DNA of 64,000 nt from Bacteroidales bacterium (GCA_045600445.1 JAZRXZ010000021.1:42577-106576); one strand, 5' to 3'. Shown: positions 26,493-36,621, counted from the stretch's first letter. Notes: generated by a model from the letters alone, not told the origin. Made by a program: numbers and translations.

Positions 26493-28201
26493 AGCTTTAT
26501 CACTTTACCATTCTCAACTACCCAGCTGATTCGACCATCCAGGGCATCCATCACCGTCCGCAGGTAATCAGTCTCAGGTGACGAACCTGCCCGATTCAGG
26601 AATTTTCTGGCATCCTTCATTCGCCTTGTCTGAATCGAAGCCACAGCGGCGTTATAGTTAGCGATCTCATTCTCCGGATACTGACGTGCGGCAATGACCA
26701 ATGCATCATACCAGGCCTCAGATCCTTCTGGCACACAGAGTGCCACCTGATACATCTCCTCCACGCTAAGAGCTTCCGGATGCGTGTATATCAGTCGCTT
26801 TGCGTCCACCACCTCATACTTCTGTACCTTATATTCTATCAGATAGTCCGTATGGCGCAGACCTGGATAGATGTTTTCATACAACCACTTATAAGGCTTG
26901 CCGCCACCTACCTTCTTCAGTACCTCCTCCTTATGATCAGGATTCAAGTCACTGTCGATGACACGCAGCAGCTCCTCCCGATTACCCATTACCGGCTTAT
27001 CCACCTTATCGATACGCTTGCCACGTTCTGCCTTGAGCGGTTCACGCTCAGGATCCAGATGGTCACACACATCGACGAACGCTCTCAGGTTCTCCCAGTC
27101 TTCAGGAGTAGATTGCGTGGCGAAGATGCCGTCTTCGAACTGATATACCTGTTTCAGATAATTCACCAGAGCTGCCGTACGACCTGTCGCCAGTCGGGTA
27201 TTATTGCTATAAGGACTCTCCGGAGAAGCATATCCATGCAGGCTGATAGAGAGGATCTGAATGCTCTTGTCGAACAAAGCGCTATCCACAGAAGCGTTGA
27301 TTCTCCTCAGCTCATCCTTATTCTTTCGGTAATCCGGATAAATCACAGTCTCATTCACGGGGAAGTCCAGATAAGCAGTTCCTGAGATGAACCTCACCTT
27401 CTCGTCTTCCTTCGCAGGTAATAGCAACGGCAGATCAGGCAGTTCTCGCAGTCGGCGCGAATAGACGACTGGCGTCGTAACCGTACGTGACGTCTTCACC
27501 ACCTCCCTCAACATATAAGTGATACCAATACTGAGATTGGTGCGCATATCCCAAGGGAAATCTGCATTCTCCACGCCATTGAAATTGTCCGACACCACCG
27601 TGTGAGACAGTTCAAGTCCCAACTTCAGATTACTGTCTAACCGATAAGTTGCCGTCAGTCCGGCTCTGACACCGAAACACAGCTGGCTTTTCTTGCTGAA
27701 TGGATCCGTATAAGAGAGATAGATATCCTTCGGGAACTTATAAGTATAGAGGCCACCCACACCCGCGAAGGCCTTCAGATTGAAACTCGGCACTTCTTTA
27801 CGGTCTTTCTTACGGTTCCTGAAAGCATCCGAGAGGTCGAACGTCACATCGCCGAACAGCTCGACATCGTTCCAGTTCCACGGCTCTCCATTCTCACATT
27901 CGCGCACATTACGGCTCCTATTATTGTCGATGCCCAAAGCCAGACGCCACCCCCACAATGGAGATAGCTCCTTGCCAATACCGGCGAAAGCTCCGAAAGA
28001 AATCGGATGAATCGTAAACTCCGACCATGGCATATTCTCATTGGCAGACTTATTGATACCACCATAGAACTGTAGATAGTAAGCATCCACACCCCTCAGT
28101 GCCAGAGAGTCATTTCCATGAAGAGGCTTAGCATATCCAGACACCGCCGAACATACTATCATCAAAAGAATTACGATCCTCTTCTCCAATTTATAAATCA
28201 T
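26489..28201 (-). CDS. Outer-membrane beta-barrel protein with OmpA-C-like/DUF3868-like module and helical C-terminal region
   Basis: 570-aa ORF with a signal peptide. The N-terminal ~240 aa show alternating beta-barrel-like segments (WGWRLALGIDN, LKAFAGVGGLYTY, GVRAGLTATYRL, NLSIGITYML). These are followed by HGYASPESPYSNNTRLATGRTAALVNYLK and a helical tail. There is a 5-bp gap after wzc. Confidence 0.6.
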   Translation of the reverse strand: MIYKLEKRIVILLMIVCSAVSGYAKPLHGNDSLALRGVDAYYLQFYGGINKSANENMPWSEFTIHPISFGAFAGIGKELSPLWGWRLALGIDNNRSRNVRECENGEPWNWNDVELFGDVTFDLSDAFRNRKKDRKEVPSFNLKAFAGVGGLYTYKFPKDIYLSYTDPFSKKSQLCFGVRAGLTATYRLDSNLKLGLELSHTVVSDNFNGVENADFPWDMRTNLSIGITYMLREVVKTSRTVTTPVVYSRRLRELPDLPLLLPAKEDEKVRFISGTAYLDFPVNETVIYPDYRKNKDELRRINASVDSALFDKSIQILSISLHGYASPESPYSNNTRLATGRTAALVNYLKQVYQFEDGIFATQSTPEDWENLRAFVDVCDHLDPEREPLKAERGKRIDKVDKPVMGNREELLRVIDSDLNPDHKEEVLKKVGGGKPYKWLYENIYPGLRHTDYLIEYKVQKYEVVDAKRLIYTHPEALSVEEMYQVALCVPEGSEAWYDALVIAARQYPENEIANYNAAVASIQTRRMKDARKFLNRAGSSPETDYLRTVMDALDGRISWVVENGKVIKL

Positions 28202-28206
28202 GTTTA

Positions 28207-30618
28207 TCAGCTATTTGATAAATACGCGAAGTTATAACGGTCATAGTAACCGTAAGCATATTGGTTACCATATCGGTTGTCCAAAGCCGAGCCATTCACA
28301 ATGACAGCCATGTTCTTGAACGCACCCTTCTGGAAATCCTCCTCCAGAGTACCGAGCATATCTCTCTGGAAAAGGCCTACGCGCAGCACGAACAGCGTTC
28401 TGTCTGCCAGACGCTCAATGATGCGGGTATCAGCCATATAGCTGGCAGGCGGACAGTCAATGAAGATATACTCAAATTCCTTTCGCAACTGCGCGATTAG
28501 ATCCTTGAAGCGGTCACTTGACAGCAACTCGGTCGGGTTCGGAGGTCTCACACCCACAGGGAGGAAGAACAAGTTCGGGTACTGCTCCAGGCCTACAATT
28601 GCCTCATGAATATCATCTACCTGTCCTCCCAGATAATTAGCGATACCGACCGTCGGACGATTGACATACGAAGAAGCCGAGGTGTGTCTGAGGTCACCGT
28701 CAATCACCAACGTCTTATGGTTACGGATGGAGAACGCTGCAGCCAAGTTTGCCGAAACAAACGTCTTGCCAGAGTTCGGATTATAGGAAGCCGTGATAAT
28801 CACAGAACCTTCCTCCCTCTGTTGGCTCTGTGTCATAAACTCCACATTGGTACGTAGCAGACGGAAAGACTCATTGAGCAAGTCATGCCCATTTTCCTTC
28901 ACCAAGATTGATCTCCGTGCCACCTTGGTAAGCTTCGGTTTTTCATTCATCAAGCGAGGGACAAGAGGATCCGAATCTTCAGAATAGAAAGGAATATCGC
29001 CAAGCACAGGAACACTTATCACACCATCCAGATCCCTTGAGCCTCGAATACTTCCATTCATGGCATTCTTAGTGAATACAAGGCCGAGAGGGATCAAAAG
29101 TGCCAAAGCCAAAGCGCTCAAAATGACATTCTTATTATTCGGAGAAACAGGTGTCAGACTAGCATGCGGATTATCGAGCATCTGACGATTTCTAGCCACG
29201 TATGATTCTGACAAATCAATCTTCTCCTTCTTCTGGAGCAAATACATATATAGTTCCTCCTTGATCTTCTGCTGACGTTCTATCGACATCAGATATTTGG
29301 CCTGATCCGGATTAGATTCAATCTTCTCCGTCGCCTTATTTCCATACTGCTCGTAAGTATCCAGCTTCAAAGAAATCGTATTTATCTCATTTCTCAGCGA
29401 CTGAATCACGCTCTCTCGAAGACCATTCAGCTGCTGCTCCATATTCTCAATCAATGGATTCTGTGCTGAAGTATATCTTAAGTGGCTCTTCAAACTGAGC
29501 AACTGAGAATTGTAATCCTGGAGTTGGCTCTGTATCGAAGTATTAGTAATGCCAGAATTGACAGGAAGCAGCTCATGTGACTTACTCTTGGTATTCAAAA
29601 TATCCAAGATATACTGAACAACAGACAATTCGTTGTTTAAGCTCAGAATCTGATCATCTGAGCGACTATACTGACTGATATAAAGACTACCTGCAGTATT
29701 TACGTCAGTGATGGCATTCGTACTCTTAAACTGCGAAATATCTGTATCAATAGCATTCAGTTCTTTTTCAATTATCTGCAATCGTTCTACAATAAACGAC
29801 GAAGCTGCACGAATCAATTGTTTCTGGTCTTCAACACCGAAATCAGAATAAACCTCAGCAATGGTGCGTAAAACGGCATCTGCGCGTAAAATGTTCTGTT
29901 CGGTATATTTCAGGTCAATAATAGTTGATTCTTTATCAGGAATACTTGTCTTCAATCGATTTTTTATTTCATCTACAGCTTCATTTATTGGCCTATTAAC
30001 AACCTGATATTTTTGACGGACAATTGTTCTAAATTCGAAATAATCAGATTTTTTGAAAGACATCACTCCTATTGGAGTCTGAACAGAACTCCCATCAAGT
30101 TTTACCGTTATAGGATCTGTTCCACCTGAAGTATTGCTAAAATTAGATAATATATATTGCTCTGGAGATTCAATAAATAATTCAAATGAAGATTGTTTTT
30201 TCTCATCATCTGGTGTAAAAGTCAGCACAAAAGGAAGTTCTTCGGTATAAGGAGTAAGCACCTTAAAAGACTTACGGGCATAATATACAAGGTTAAGATT
30301 CAATCTTCGCGCGACTTCAGTCAGTACGTCTCTAGACTTAATCTCTCTTACCTCATTCTTTAAGTTGGTAGTCTTTAACTCCAACCCAAGTTCCTTAAAC
30401 TCTTCTCCGAACTCTGCATCAGAGTTTTTACCTCCTTCTTCTTTAATCAAAACAGAAACCTCTCTAACAAAAGTTTTAGGCGTGATTAGAAGATAAGCAG
30501 CCGCACCACCCATACAAATCATAAAAGATATGGCGAACCATACCCAATGATACATGCACAGATAGCCAAGATCCGACAACGAAATAAACTCCTCCTGTTT
30601 CTTCTTTTTCGTAGCCAT
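28207..30618 (-). CDS. wzc: Polysaccharide co-polymerase / tyrosine autokinase (Wzc, PCP-2a type)
   Basis: 803-aa ORF with an N-terminal TM segment, a long coiled periplasmic region and a second TM segment. It has Walker A NPNSGKTFVSANLA and VIDGDLR. The C-terminal tail is Tyr-rich: NRYGNQYAYGYYDRYNFAY. Confidence 0.85.
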   Translation of the reverse strand: MATKKKKQEEFISLSDLGYLCMYHWVWFAISFMICMGGAAAYLLITPKTFVREVSVLIKEEGGKNSDAEFGEEFKELGLELKTTNLKNEVREIKSRDVLTEVARRLNLNLVYYARKSFKVLTPYTEELPFVLTFTPDDEKKQSSFELFIESPEQYILSNFSNTSGGTDPITVKLDGSSVQTPIGVMSFKKSDYFEFRTIVRQKYQVVNRPINEAVDEIKNRLKTSIPDKESTIIDLKYTEQNILRADAVLRTIAEVYSDFGVEDQKQLIRAASSFIVERLQIIEKELNAIDTDISQFKSTNAITDVNTAGSLYISQYSRSDDQILSLNNELSVVQYILDILNTKSKSHELLPVNSGITNTSIQSQLQDYNSQLLSLKSHLRYTSAQNPLIENMEQQLNGLRESVIQSLRNEINTISLKLDTYEQYGNKATEKIESNPDQAKYLMSIERQQKIKEELYMYLLQKKEKIDLSESYVARNRQMLDNPHASLTPVSPNNKNVILSALALALLIPLGLVFTKNAMNGSIRGSRDLDGVISVPVLGDIPFYSEDSDPLVPRLMNEKPKLTKVARRSILVKENGHDLLNESFRLLRTNVEFMTQSQQREEGSVIITASYNPNSGKTFVSANLAAAFSIRNHKTLVIDGDLRHTSASSYVNRPTVGIANYLGGQVDDIHEAIVGLEQYPNLFFLPVGVRPPNPTELLSSDRFKDLIAQLRKEFEYIFIDCPPASYMADTRIIERLADRTLFVLRVGLFQRDMLGTLEEDFQKGAFKNMAVIVNGSALDNRYGNQYAYGYYDRYNFAYLSNS

Positions 30619-30623
30619 AAACT

Positions 30624-31448
30624 TTATTTTGATAAGAAGGTGATCAGAGTCATCACGAATGATGCCATCGATACCCAGAAACCAGGTGTATTAAATGTAT
30701 TACCATTCGGATTTGCCTCACGTTTACGCTTGGCATTCGGTGCCACATAAACAATATCATTCTGCTGCAAATAGAAAACTGGAGAATAATACAGATCGGC
30801 CTTGCTGCAAAGATCCACCTCGTATGTATATTCTTCATTGTCTTGCGTACGGAGTACTAATACACGATCTCTCCTACCATCAATAGTCAAATCTCCAACT
30901 GCCGCAATTGCATCGAGCAAAGTGAAATGATCCTTCTTAATATCAACATGTCCAGGATTATTTACCTCGCCGAGCACATCAATACCCATATTAACATATT
31001 CCACTGTCACAAGAGCATCTGTTACCAATTCTCGTTCCCGCAGACGCTGAGATATATAATCAGCCACCTCATTTCTTGTTTTTCCTATCACAGATATCTT
31101 TCCCAAGATCGGGAACGCAATATCACCCTGCTCATCGACAGTATAGGCAACGACTTGTCCTCCACCGCCTCCGCCATTACCTGCCATTGTTTCCGGAGAA
31201 ACAGTTCCTCCTAAAGTCTGATTACTGCCAGCTTTCAGAGAGAACTGAGAGGCCAACATTGGGTCTGCGCTATGCACGATGATATTAATCTTGTCATCCG
31301 GCTTCAGGCGCAAAAACTGCTTCTCCTGACCAAGGATTCCCTGTAGTTCTGCCGCGTCCTGAAAATAATCGATATTCAACGGAGCACTACAAGACACCAG
31401 CAAGATGGCAAATATTATATAGCAATAGATTTTATGCATTAAGCCCAT
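30624..31448 (-). CDS. wza: Polysaccharide export outer-membrane protein (Wza family)
   Basis: The lipoprotein-like signal MGLMHKIYCYIIFAILLVSCSAP is followed by Poly_export/SLBB-like sequence (LKPDDKINIIVHS.., GKISVIGKTRNEVADYI). Start chosen at Met18 (31448). The longer track ORF (31499) would overlap the upstream gene. Met21 (31439) is also possible. Confidence 0.8.
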   Translation of the reverse strand: MGLMHKIYCYIIFAILLVSCSAPLNIDYFQDAAELQGILGQEKQFLRLKPDDKINIIVHSADPMLASQFSLKAGSNQTLGGTVSPETMAGNGGGGGGQVVAYTVDEQGDIAFPILGKISVIGKTRNEVADYISQRLRERELVTDALVTVEYVNMGIDVLGEVNNPGHVDIKKDHFTLLDAIAAVGDLTIDGRRDRVLVLRTQDNEEYTYEVDLCSKADLYYSPVFYLQQNDIVYVAPNAKRKREANPNGNTFNTPGFWVSMASFVMTLITFLSK

Positions 31449-31459
31449 ATAGAATACAT

Positions 31460-32242
31460 TTAGAAAAGATATTCTTTCAACTTCAGCACATATCTGCATG
31501 CCTGAATCAGTTTATTAGAATATACACCATTCTTCTTGAAAGCTCGCTTATGATCTTCAAGGATTCGCAAATGAGACTTGATGCCACTGGTAGAAGCGCC
31601 ACCAGTACGCATAGTTACAAAATCCTTATCGACGTACTGCGTTTTGATTTCTCCCTTATAAATGACACGCAGTAGGAACTCAAAATCGGCAGCTACCTTG
31701 AATGAATTATCATAATATGACCCATCCTCTTCTCGGAATCTCTCGTATGCTGTTTTCGTCATATAAAAAGAAGGATGAGCAGGCATGAAGCCCATAATCA
31801 TCCTTTTTCGAGTGAATTTCTCACTACTATAGTAACGAATGCATAAACCTAAATCTTTTGGCATGACATAATGAATGTCTCCATAAACAGCATCCAGAGT
31901 TGGGTCTGCTTCAAATTTATCTACCACGGTAGCAAGCACATCATCACTGGTATAGAAATCGTCCGAATTCAGAATGCCAACCACATCACCCGTAGCCATG
32001 GCAATTCCCTTATTCATGGCATCATAAATACCCTTATCAGGTTCTGAGATCCATCGGAGCTGAGATCCCTTATCCTGATATCGTTGCACATATTCCTTGA
32101 TGACGCTTACTGTCTCATCTTTTGATGCGCCATCGACTATGATATGTTCAATATTAGCACACCCCTGCTTCAAAACACTTTCCAGTGTATCTGCCAGAGT
32201 CTTTGCACTATTATATGTTGCCGTAATAATTGATATTGTCAT
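31460..32242 (-). CDS. Family 2 glycosyltransferase (WcaE-like)
   Basis: 260-aa ORF with ISIITATYNSAKTL, IIVDGASKDETV and GILNSDDFY motifs. Confidence 0.8.
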   Translation of the reverse strand: MTISIITATYNSAKTLADTLESVLKQGCANIEHIIVDGASKDETVSVIKEYVQRYQDKGSQLRWISEPDKGIYDAMNKGIAMATGDVVGILNSDDFYTSDDVLATVVDKFEADPTLDAVYGDIHYVMPKDLGLCIRYYSSEKFTRKRMIMGFMPAHPSFYMTKTAYERFREEDGSYYDNSFKVAADFEFLLRVIYKGEIKTQYVDKDFVTMRTGGASTSGIKSHLRILEDHKRAFKKNGVYSNKLIQACRYVLKLKEYLF

Positions 32243-32262
32243 AATAAAGACTTTAGAATGTG

Positions 32263-32270
32263 CAAAAATA
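32263..32270 (-). promoter_or_regulatory. Possible -7 box (TATTTTTG) upstream of the GT2-wza-wzc operon
   Basis: The minus strand reads TATTTTTG, which matches TAnnTTTG, 21 nt upstream of the ATG at 32242. No well-spaced -33 TTTG was found. Confidence 0.3.
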
Positions 32271-32345
32271 ATAAAAACTAATAAATAGTCAATACTATTT
32301 TACAAATATTAACACAAATATCAAACGTTCTCTCAAAGAATTTGC

Positions 32346-32373
32346 ATAAAAGAGTAATTTTCTACTCTTTTAT
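32346..32373 (-). terminator. Hairpin overlapping the acetyltransferase stop codon
   Basis: Perfect 11-bp stem ATAAAAGAGTA / TACTCTTTTAT with a 6-nt loop. It encloses the TAG stop (32362-32364) and is followed by an AT-rich 119-bp gap. Confidence 0.5.
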
Positions 32374-32916
32374 CTCCCTATCTTTCACCTTCTTCGCAGG
32401 AATCCCTTGATAGATACTATATGCCTCACAATCTTTAGTAGCAATGCTTCCCACCGAAAGAACGGAATGACTTTTCATTGAGACACCAGGACAAACTATT
32501 GCTTTGGCGCCTACCCATGCTCCTTCTTCTATACATATTTCTCCGATTATCAGATCAAACGTAGTTTTGCTGTAATTGTGATTTCCGCAAAGCAGCATTG
32601 CACCCTGTGAAATTACTGCATTGTTTCCAATAGTGACAGGTGCCAGATTATCAATCCAAACCCCCTCGCCTATCCATGCATAATCACCGATCGTCAGATT
32701 CCATGGATATTTTATATTCACATTTGGCTTAATATTTACACCTTTCCCAATCTTGGCGCCAAACATACGAAGCAGGAAAACCTTCAATCGGCTGTTTGGC
32801 ATCCATCCACAATTGATAAACCAGACGTTAACAAAATACCATGCCAATCTTTTTAATCGGCCACCGCAAAGCGTATACCAGCTATTATCATACTTTGACA
32901 AATCAGTCTTATTCAT
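32362..32916 (-). CDS. Hexapeptide-repeat O-acetyltransferase (WcaF-like)
   Basis: MNKTDLSKYDNSWY.., LLRMFGAKIGKGVNIKPNVNIKYPWNLTIGDYAWIGEGVWIDN resembles colanic-acid WcaF. Start chosen at Met11 (32916), giving an 8-nt overlap with the upstream stop. Confidence 0.8.
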   Translation of the reverse strand: MNKTDLSKYDNSWYTLCGGRLKRLAWYFVNVWFINCGWMPNSRLKVFLLRMFGAKIGKGVNIKPNVNIKYPWNLTIGDYAWIGEGVWIDNLAPVTIGNNAVISQGAMLLCGNHNYSKTTFDLIIGEICIEEGAWVGAKAIVCPGVSMKSHSVLSVGSIATKDCEAYSIYQGIPAKKVKDREIKE

Positions 32917-34087
32917 ATACAAATGCAGGTTTATTACCACCTTCAAGAATCCATTGATACAAATCTATCATCATCTGAGCCACCTTATGCTGCTCGTATT
33001 TCTCTTCCATGAGCTTACGCCCCTTCTGCCCCATTTCCTGTAACTCCACTTCTGTCTTTGACAGGATCTCAATAATTACATCTGCAATGATCTCAGGATC
33101 ATTCGACTTCCACCAGCCACAACCATACTCATTCAGTTCTTCCCAAGGTGTACCCAAACTTGCATAGACTGGAGTTCCACAAATCAATGCCTCTGGGACA
33201 ATCATACCAAAGTTTTCCTGGGCTGATGGCACCATCAAAGCAGACAAACGAGCTAGACGGTCATATTTTTCTTTACCATCCACATACCCTACGAACTCAA
33301 CAAACTCTTCAAGATCAAGTCGTTTGACTTCATCCTTCAACCATTGCTCATACTGATCGTCAAATTTCCCCATAATCTGAAGAGATACCTTAGCTCGCAA
33401 ATCCACTGGCAATTTATCCAATGCATATATCAAGTTTTCAACCTTTTTGATGGGATGTAAACGACCTAAAAAACCTATGTATCTCTTTCCGTCTACGAAC
33501 CTAAAACTATCCGAAGTTCGGCGATAATCCTGAATGTATTCTGGGAAAACCACAGGATTTGGAATCACTGCAATCGGACCTTTATATCCATAAGCTCTAC
33601 AATATTCCATCTCCTGTACGCAAGTAGCATGCAGACAAGAGGCTTCCATCACGTCTTTCCTATACCACATCGCTCCCATCAACTTCTTTTTCCATGCACT
33701 GACTGCCAATGCAGTCGGATATAACATCCCATGAGGCGACAGGACATATTTCTTTCCTCTTTTTACTGCATTTCTGCAAGTCGCATGAGTTGGATAAAGC
33801 CATAATGTATTCGCATGGTAAAGGTCATACTCTTTCTGCATCAAATACCCATCAATGTTCTTTGACAAAGCTAATGGAGTCTTATAATCACACTCCACAA
33901 CTTTCATCCAGGGACGATCAATACCTAAAACCTTCTGTGCATCCTCTCTAGGATATGAGGACAACAGAACAACGTCAGTTTTTCCATTTTGGCTAACGTC
34001 GTATAACCCATCCATGAGTGCATTAGTACATGTAGATGGGCCACCGTGAGCCGCTAACATATAGGGAATTGTCTGTAGGATTTTCAT
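32909..34087 (-). CDS. GT4-family (GT-B) glycosyltransferase
   Basis: 392-aa ORF with the C-terminal motif PSAQENFGMIVPEALICGTPVYAS. Confidence 0.75.
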   Translation of the reverse strand: MKILQTIPYMLAAHGGPSTCTNALMDGLYDVSQNGKTDVVLLSSYPREDAQKVLGIDRPWMKVVECDYKTPLALSKNIDGYLMQKEYDLYHANTLWLYPTHATCRNAVKRGKKYVLSPHGMLYPTALAVSAWKKKLMGAMWYRKDVMEASCLHATCVQEMEYCRAYGYKGPIAVIPNPVVFPEYIQDYRRTSDSFRFVDGKRYIGFLGRLHPIKKVENLIYALDKLPVDLRAKVSLQIMGKFDDQYEQWLKDEVKRLDLEEFVEFVGYVDGKEKYDRLARLSALMVPSAQENFGMIVPEALICGTPVYASLGTPWEELNEYGCGWWKSNDPEIIADVIIEILSKTEVELQEMGQKGRKLMEEKYEQHKVAQMMIDLYQWILEGGNKPAFVYE

Positions 34088-34090
34088 AGT

Positions 34091-35281
34091 TTAAGCTTTG
34101 CTACAAGGGCCTTCCAGAATTGTGGTCTCCGAACTATTCTTCAAACAATCAATCAGAGTCAAAAAATTCTCAGCTGCGACTTGAGGTGACCACAATTCAT
34201 TCATACATTTATGAGCATTTCTCTGCATTTCCAGTCTTTCGCTTGGATGAGTAAGTAGCCACTCGACTTTCTCCGTTAATGAGTCTACATCACAGCTACG
34301 GAACAAGAATCCATTATATCCATTTTTAATTAAATATGGAGAACTTCCGATAGCATCACTTGCCACCAAAACACAGCCATTAGCCATACTTTCATTAGCC
34401 ACAGCACCCCATCCTTCGTTTTTATCAGAAGAGAAAACAAAAACAGAACTTTGCTGCATCGCCTTAATGATTTCATCATTTGGCCTGTTTCCCATTAAAT
34501 GAACATAATCCTTAACGCCCAACTCATCTATTAATCTCTTAAGCTTTTCTTTTGGGAATATAGCATCATTCTTCGCAGCGTTGCCCTCATCTCCGTACAT
34601 CTCTAGGCGGAACTTATATCCTTTTTCTTTCAATCTGCTAGCCATTGCAACAGCTAGTTCTGGATGCTTCCACACAAGGAATCTGCCGCACCACATAATC
34701 CGGACGATAGGATTACTATCATTTGCAGACATTTCTTGAAGTCTCTTCTTTTCATCATATAAGTTGTCGACTTTCGTAAAATATCCCCATTTGTACCATC
34801 TGTCCATATAAGCATGTAAGACTATGTCGTCAACTTTAGTATATGCACTAGCACATAATCTGTAGAACCCGGCTTTTCTATAATACTTATGATAATAGTA
34901 CAGCCACTTTAGTAATCTTGGAGACAGTAGATTCAACAATCCTCTTTTTAACCAGCGCTCAGCAATCTCGAAAGACAATTGTGAGGGCTTTTGTCTAGCC
35001 TGTTTTGCTCTTTCTCCAGCGAATATCATAGCGTCTGCGCCAAAGACACAAACTTCTGCTTCTCTGGCTAAACGAATCGCGTTTTCAAAAGAAGCACCAC
35101 CCTCATAGGCCCTAATACAATACTTCCTAGAAACACTATAATCAGCACCACCCTTTAATAAAGCTATGCTAGCAGGTTTTGTCGCTACAAAAGCATAGTT
35201 CTCTCCCAATAAATCATATAGAGCATCAGCAACCAGCACCTGATGATGATTTAGGTAATTACAAAAGAAAACAAGTTTCAT
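34091..35281 (-). CDS. GT4-family (GT-B) glycosyltransferase
   Basis: 396-aa ORF with SSDKNEGWGAVANESMANGCVLVASDAIGSSPYLIKNGYNGFLF. Confidence 0.75.
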   Translation of the reverse strand: MKLVFFCNYLNHHQVLVADALYDLLGENYAFVATKPASIALLKGGADYSVSRKYCIRAYEGGASFENAIRLAREAEVCVFGADAMIFAGERAKQARQKPSQLSFEIAERWLKRGLLNLLSPRLLKWLYYYHKYYRKAGFYRLCASAYTKVDDIVLHAYMDRWYKWGYFTKVDNLYDEKKRLQEMSANDSNPIVRIMWCGRFLVWKHPELAVAMASRLKEKGYKFRLEMYGDEGNAAKNDAIFPKEKLKRLIDELGVKDYVHLMGNRPNDEIIKAMQQSSVFVFSSDKNEGWGAVANESMANGCVLVASDAIGSSPYLIKNGYNGFLFRSCDVDSLTEKVEWLLTHPSERLEMQRNAHKCMNELWSPQVAAENFLTLIDCLKNSSETTILEGPCSKA

Positions 35282-35300
35282 ATAAAAAAACTAATTATTT

Positions 35301-36581
35301 TCATGCTACAGACTTCTCACTTTTATCTGAAGCATCTTCTTCGTCATCATCAAAATACTCTTCACTTGCATCACTTGCACAACCGAATACCAGCCATACA
35401 ATAAAACATAAAGAACTTCCTCCCGCAAAGATATAACCTTCTGCAATAAATGCCATACAGAAAAAGACAAATAAACCAAATAAAAGGGTATTATATGGTG
35501 TGGGATTATCTTTTAGATAAATAAAAGGAGAAAATAAAATACCAAGAATTAAAACAAGACCTATTACTCCAGTCATAGATAGAATACAAAGCCACGAACT
35601 GCCAGGTTCTATAGTTCCTGTAATCTTATTGTAAGTATCATTTCCATTGGGATCTTGCGCAGAAAAGCCGACACCGAAGACAGGGCTGCTCGCAAATTCT
35701 GCCATTCGTGCTTCCCATTTTCCAGATCTGGAACCATAGTTTCCTTCAATCTTATTGTTTGCTTCCTGCTTATTTATAATACCTTCCGCAGCACTTTCCC
35801 ATAACGGAAAAGTAAGCATTGCAACCACAACCATTGAGAACAATGTTTTAATAAACGATCCGTTTTCTTTTTGGCTTTGGTATAACATTGCTAGAAAACC
35901 AGCCATGGTAGACATCAAAGCAGACCTAGAAGCAGAAAACAGCATAGTCGCTGCTAATGCAGCCATGATTACCCAATAGACAATACGAACTTCTTTATCT
36001 TGTCTTAAAGATCGATAAAACATGTATAGTATCGAAACACCAGAAAACAAACCAAGGGCGATTGATTGAATTGTCAATCCACCGAAACTTCCTCCTGACC
36101 CCTGAAAATTATCTAGAGCACTTCCATCTGCCTGATTCTTCATATAGTTAACACCAAGAAAATAGCAAAAAAACGACCCTAATGCAACAATGCTAGTAAT
36201 AAAAAGAACCCCTGTCAGAATTCCTCGTCTCATTGTAGCAAGATATTCGCCTTTAAACAATGGAGATGCTAATGCAAATACAAGAGCAAAAAAAGCCATT
36301 CGGGTCCAAGACTGAAATACAGGATCAGGATCAGCTACAATAATATTAATAGGCAAATAAAATAAAAAAGTAGCGCATGCTTTTTCAAACGTCCAATGCC
36401 TTCCTAAATTCAAGCAAAGACATAATAGGATAAAAGGGACATGGAAATAAGGGATTTTGGGGAACGGTCCAATTTGAGAAGACAACACAGCAATGGCTGT
36501 AGCCAAAGGAAGCCACTTAGACTCTTTATAAGCAAAAAGTACTTCTTGCTTAAGTGTCAATAAAATAGTTTCAGCATCCAT
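35301..36581 (-). CDS. wzy: O-antigen/capsule repeat-unit polymerase (Wzy / O-antigen ligase family)
   Basis: 426-aa ORF with about 10 TM segments. It has an FSASRSALMSTMAGFL (Wzy_C-like) segment and a periplasmic loop. The C-terminal tail is acidic. Confidence 0.7.
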   Translation of the reverse strand: MDAETILLTLKQEVLFAYKESKWLPLATAIAVLSSQIGPFPKIPYFHVPFILLCLCLNLGRHWTFEKACATFLFYLPINIIVADPDPVFQSWTRMAFFALVFALASPLFKGEYLATMRRGILTGVLFITSIVALGSFFCYFLGVNYMKNQADGSALDNFQGSGGSFGGLTIQSIALGLFSGVSILYMFYRSLRQDKEVRIVYWVIMAALAATMLFSASRSALMSTMAGFLAMLYQSQKENGSFIKTLFSMVVVAMLTFPLWESAAEGIINKQEANNKIEGNYGSRSGKWEARMAEFASSPVFGVGFSAQDPNGNDTYNKITGTIEPGSSWLCILSMTGVIGLVLILGILFSPFIYLKDNPTPYNTLLFGLFVFFCMAFIAEGYIFAGGSSLCFIVWLVFGCASDASEEYFDDDEEDASDKSEKSVA

Positions 36582-36621
36582 TGGGAATCAATAAATAAAA
36601 AAACGACAACAAAACCAGAAT

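Noticed and set aside
29880-30300. AT-rich patch inside wzc (lines counted 16/60 at 30001 and 30121), considered as a recombination breakpoint
   Set aside because: It coincides with the variable periplasmic domain. Flanking wzc sequence on both sides returns to the higher composition. I cannot distinguish mosaicism from domain-specific composition without comparative data.
31449-31499. Longer start for wza (track ORF to 31499)
   Set aside because: It would overlap the upstream GT2 gene by 40 nt and add a non-signal-like leader before the obvious signal peptide.
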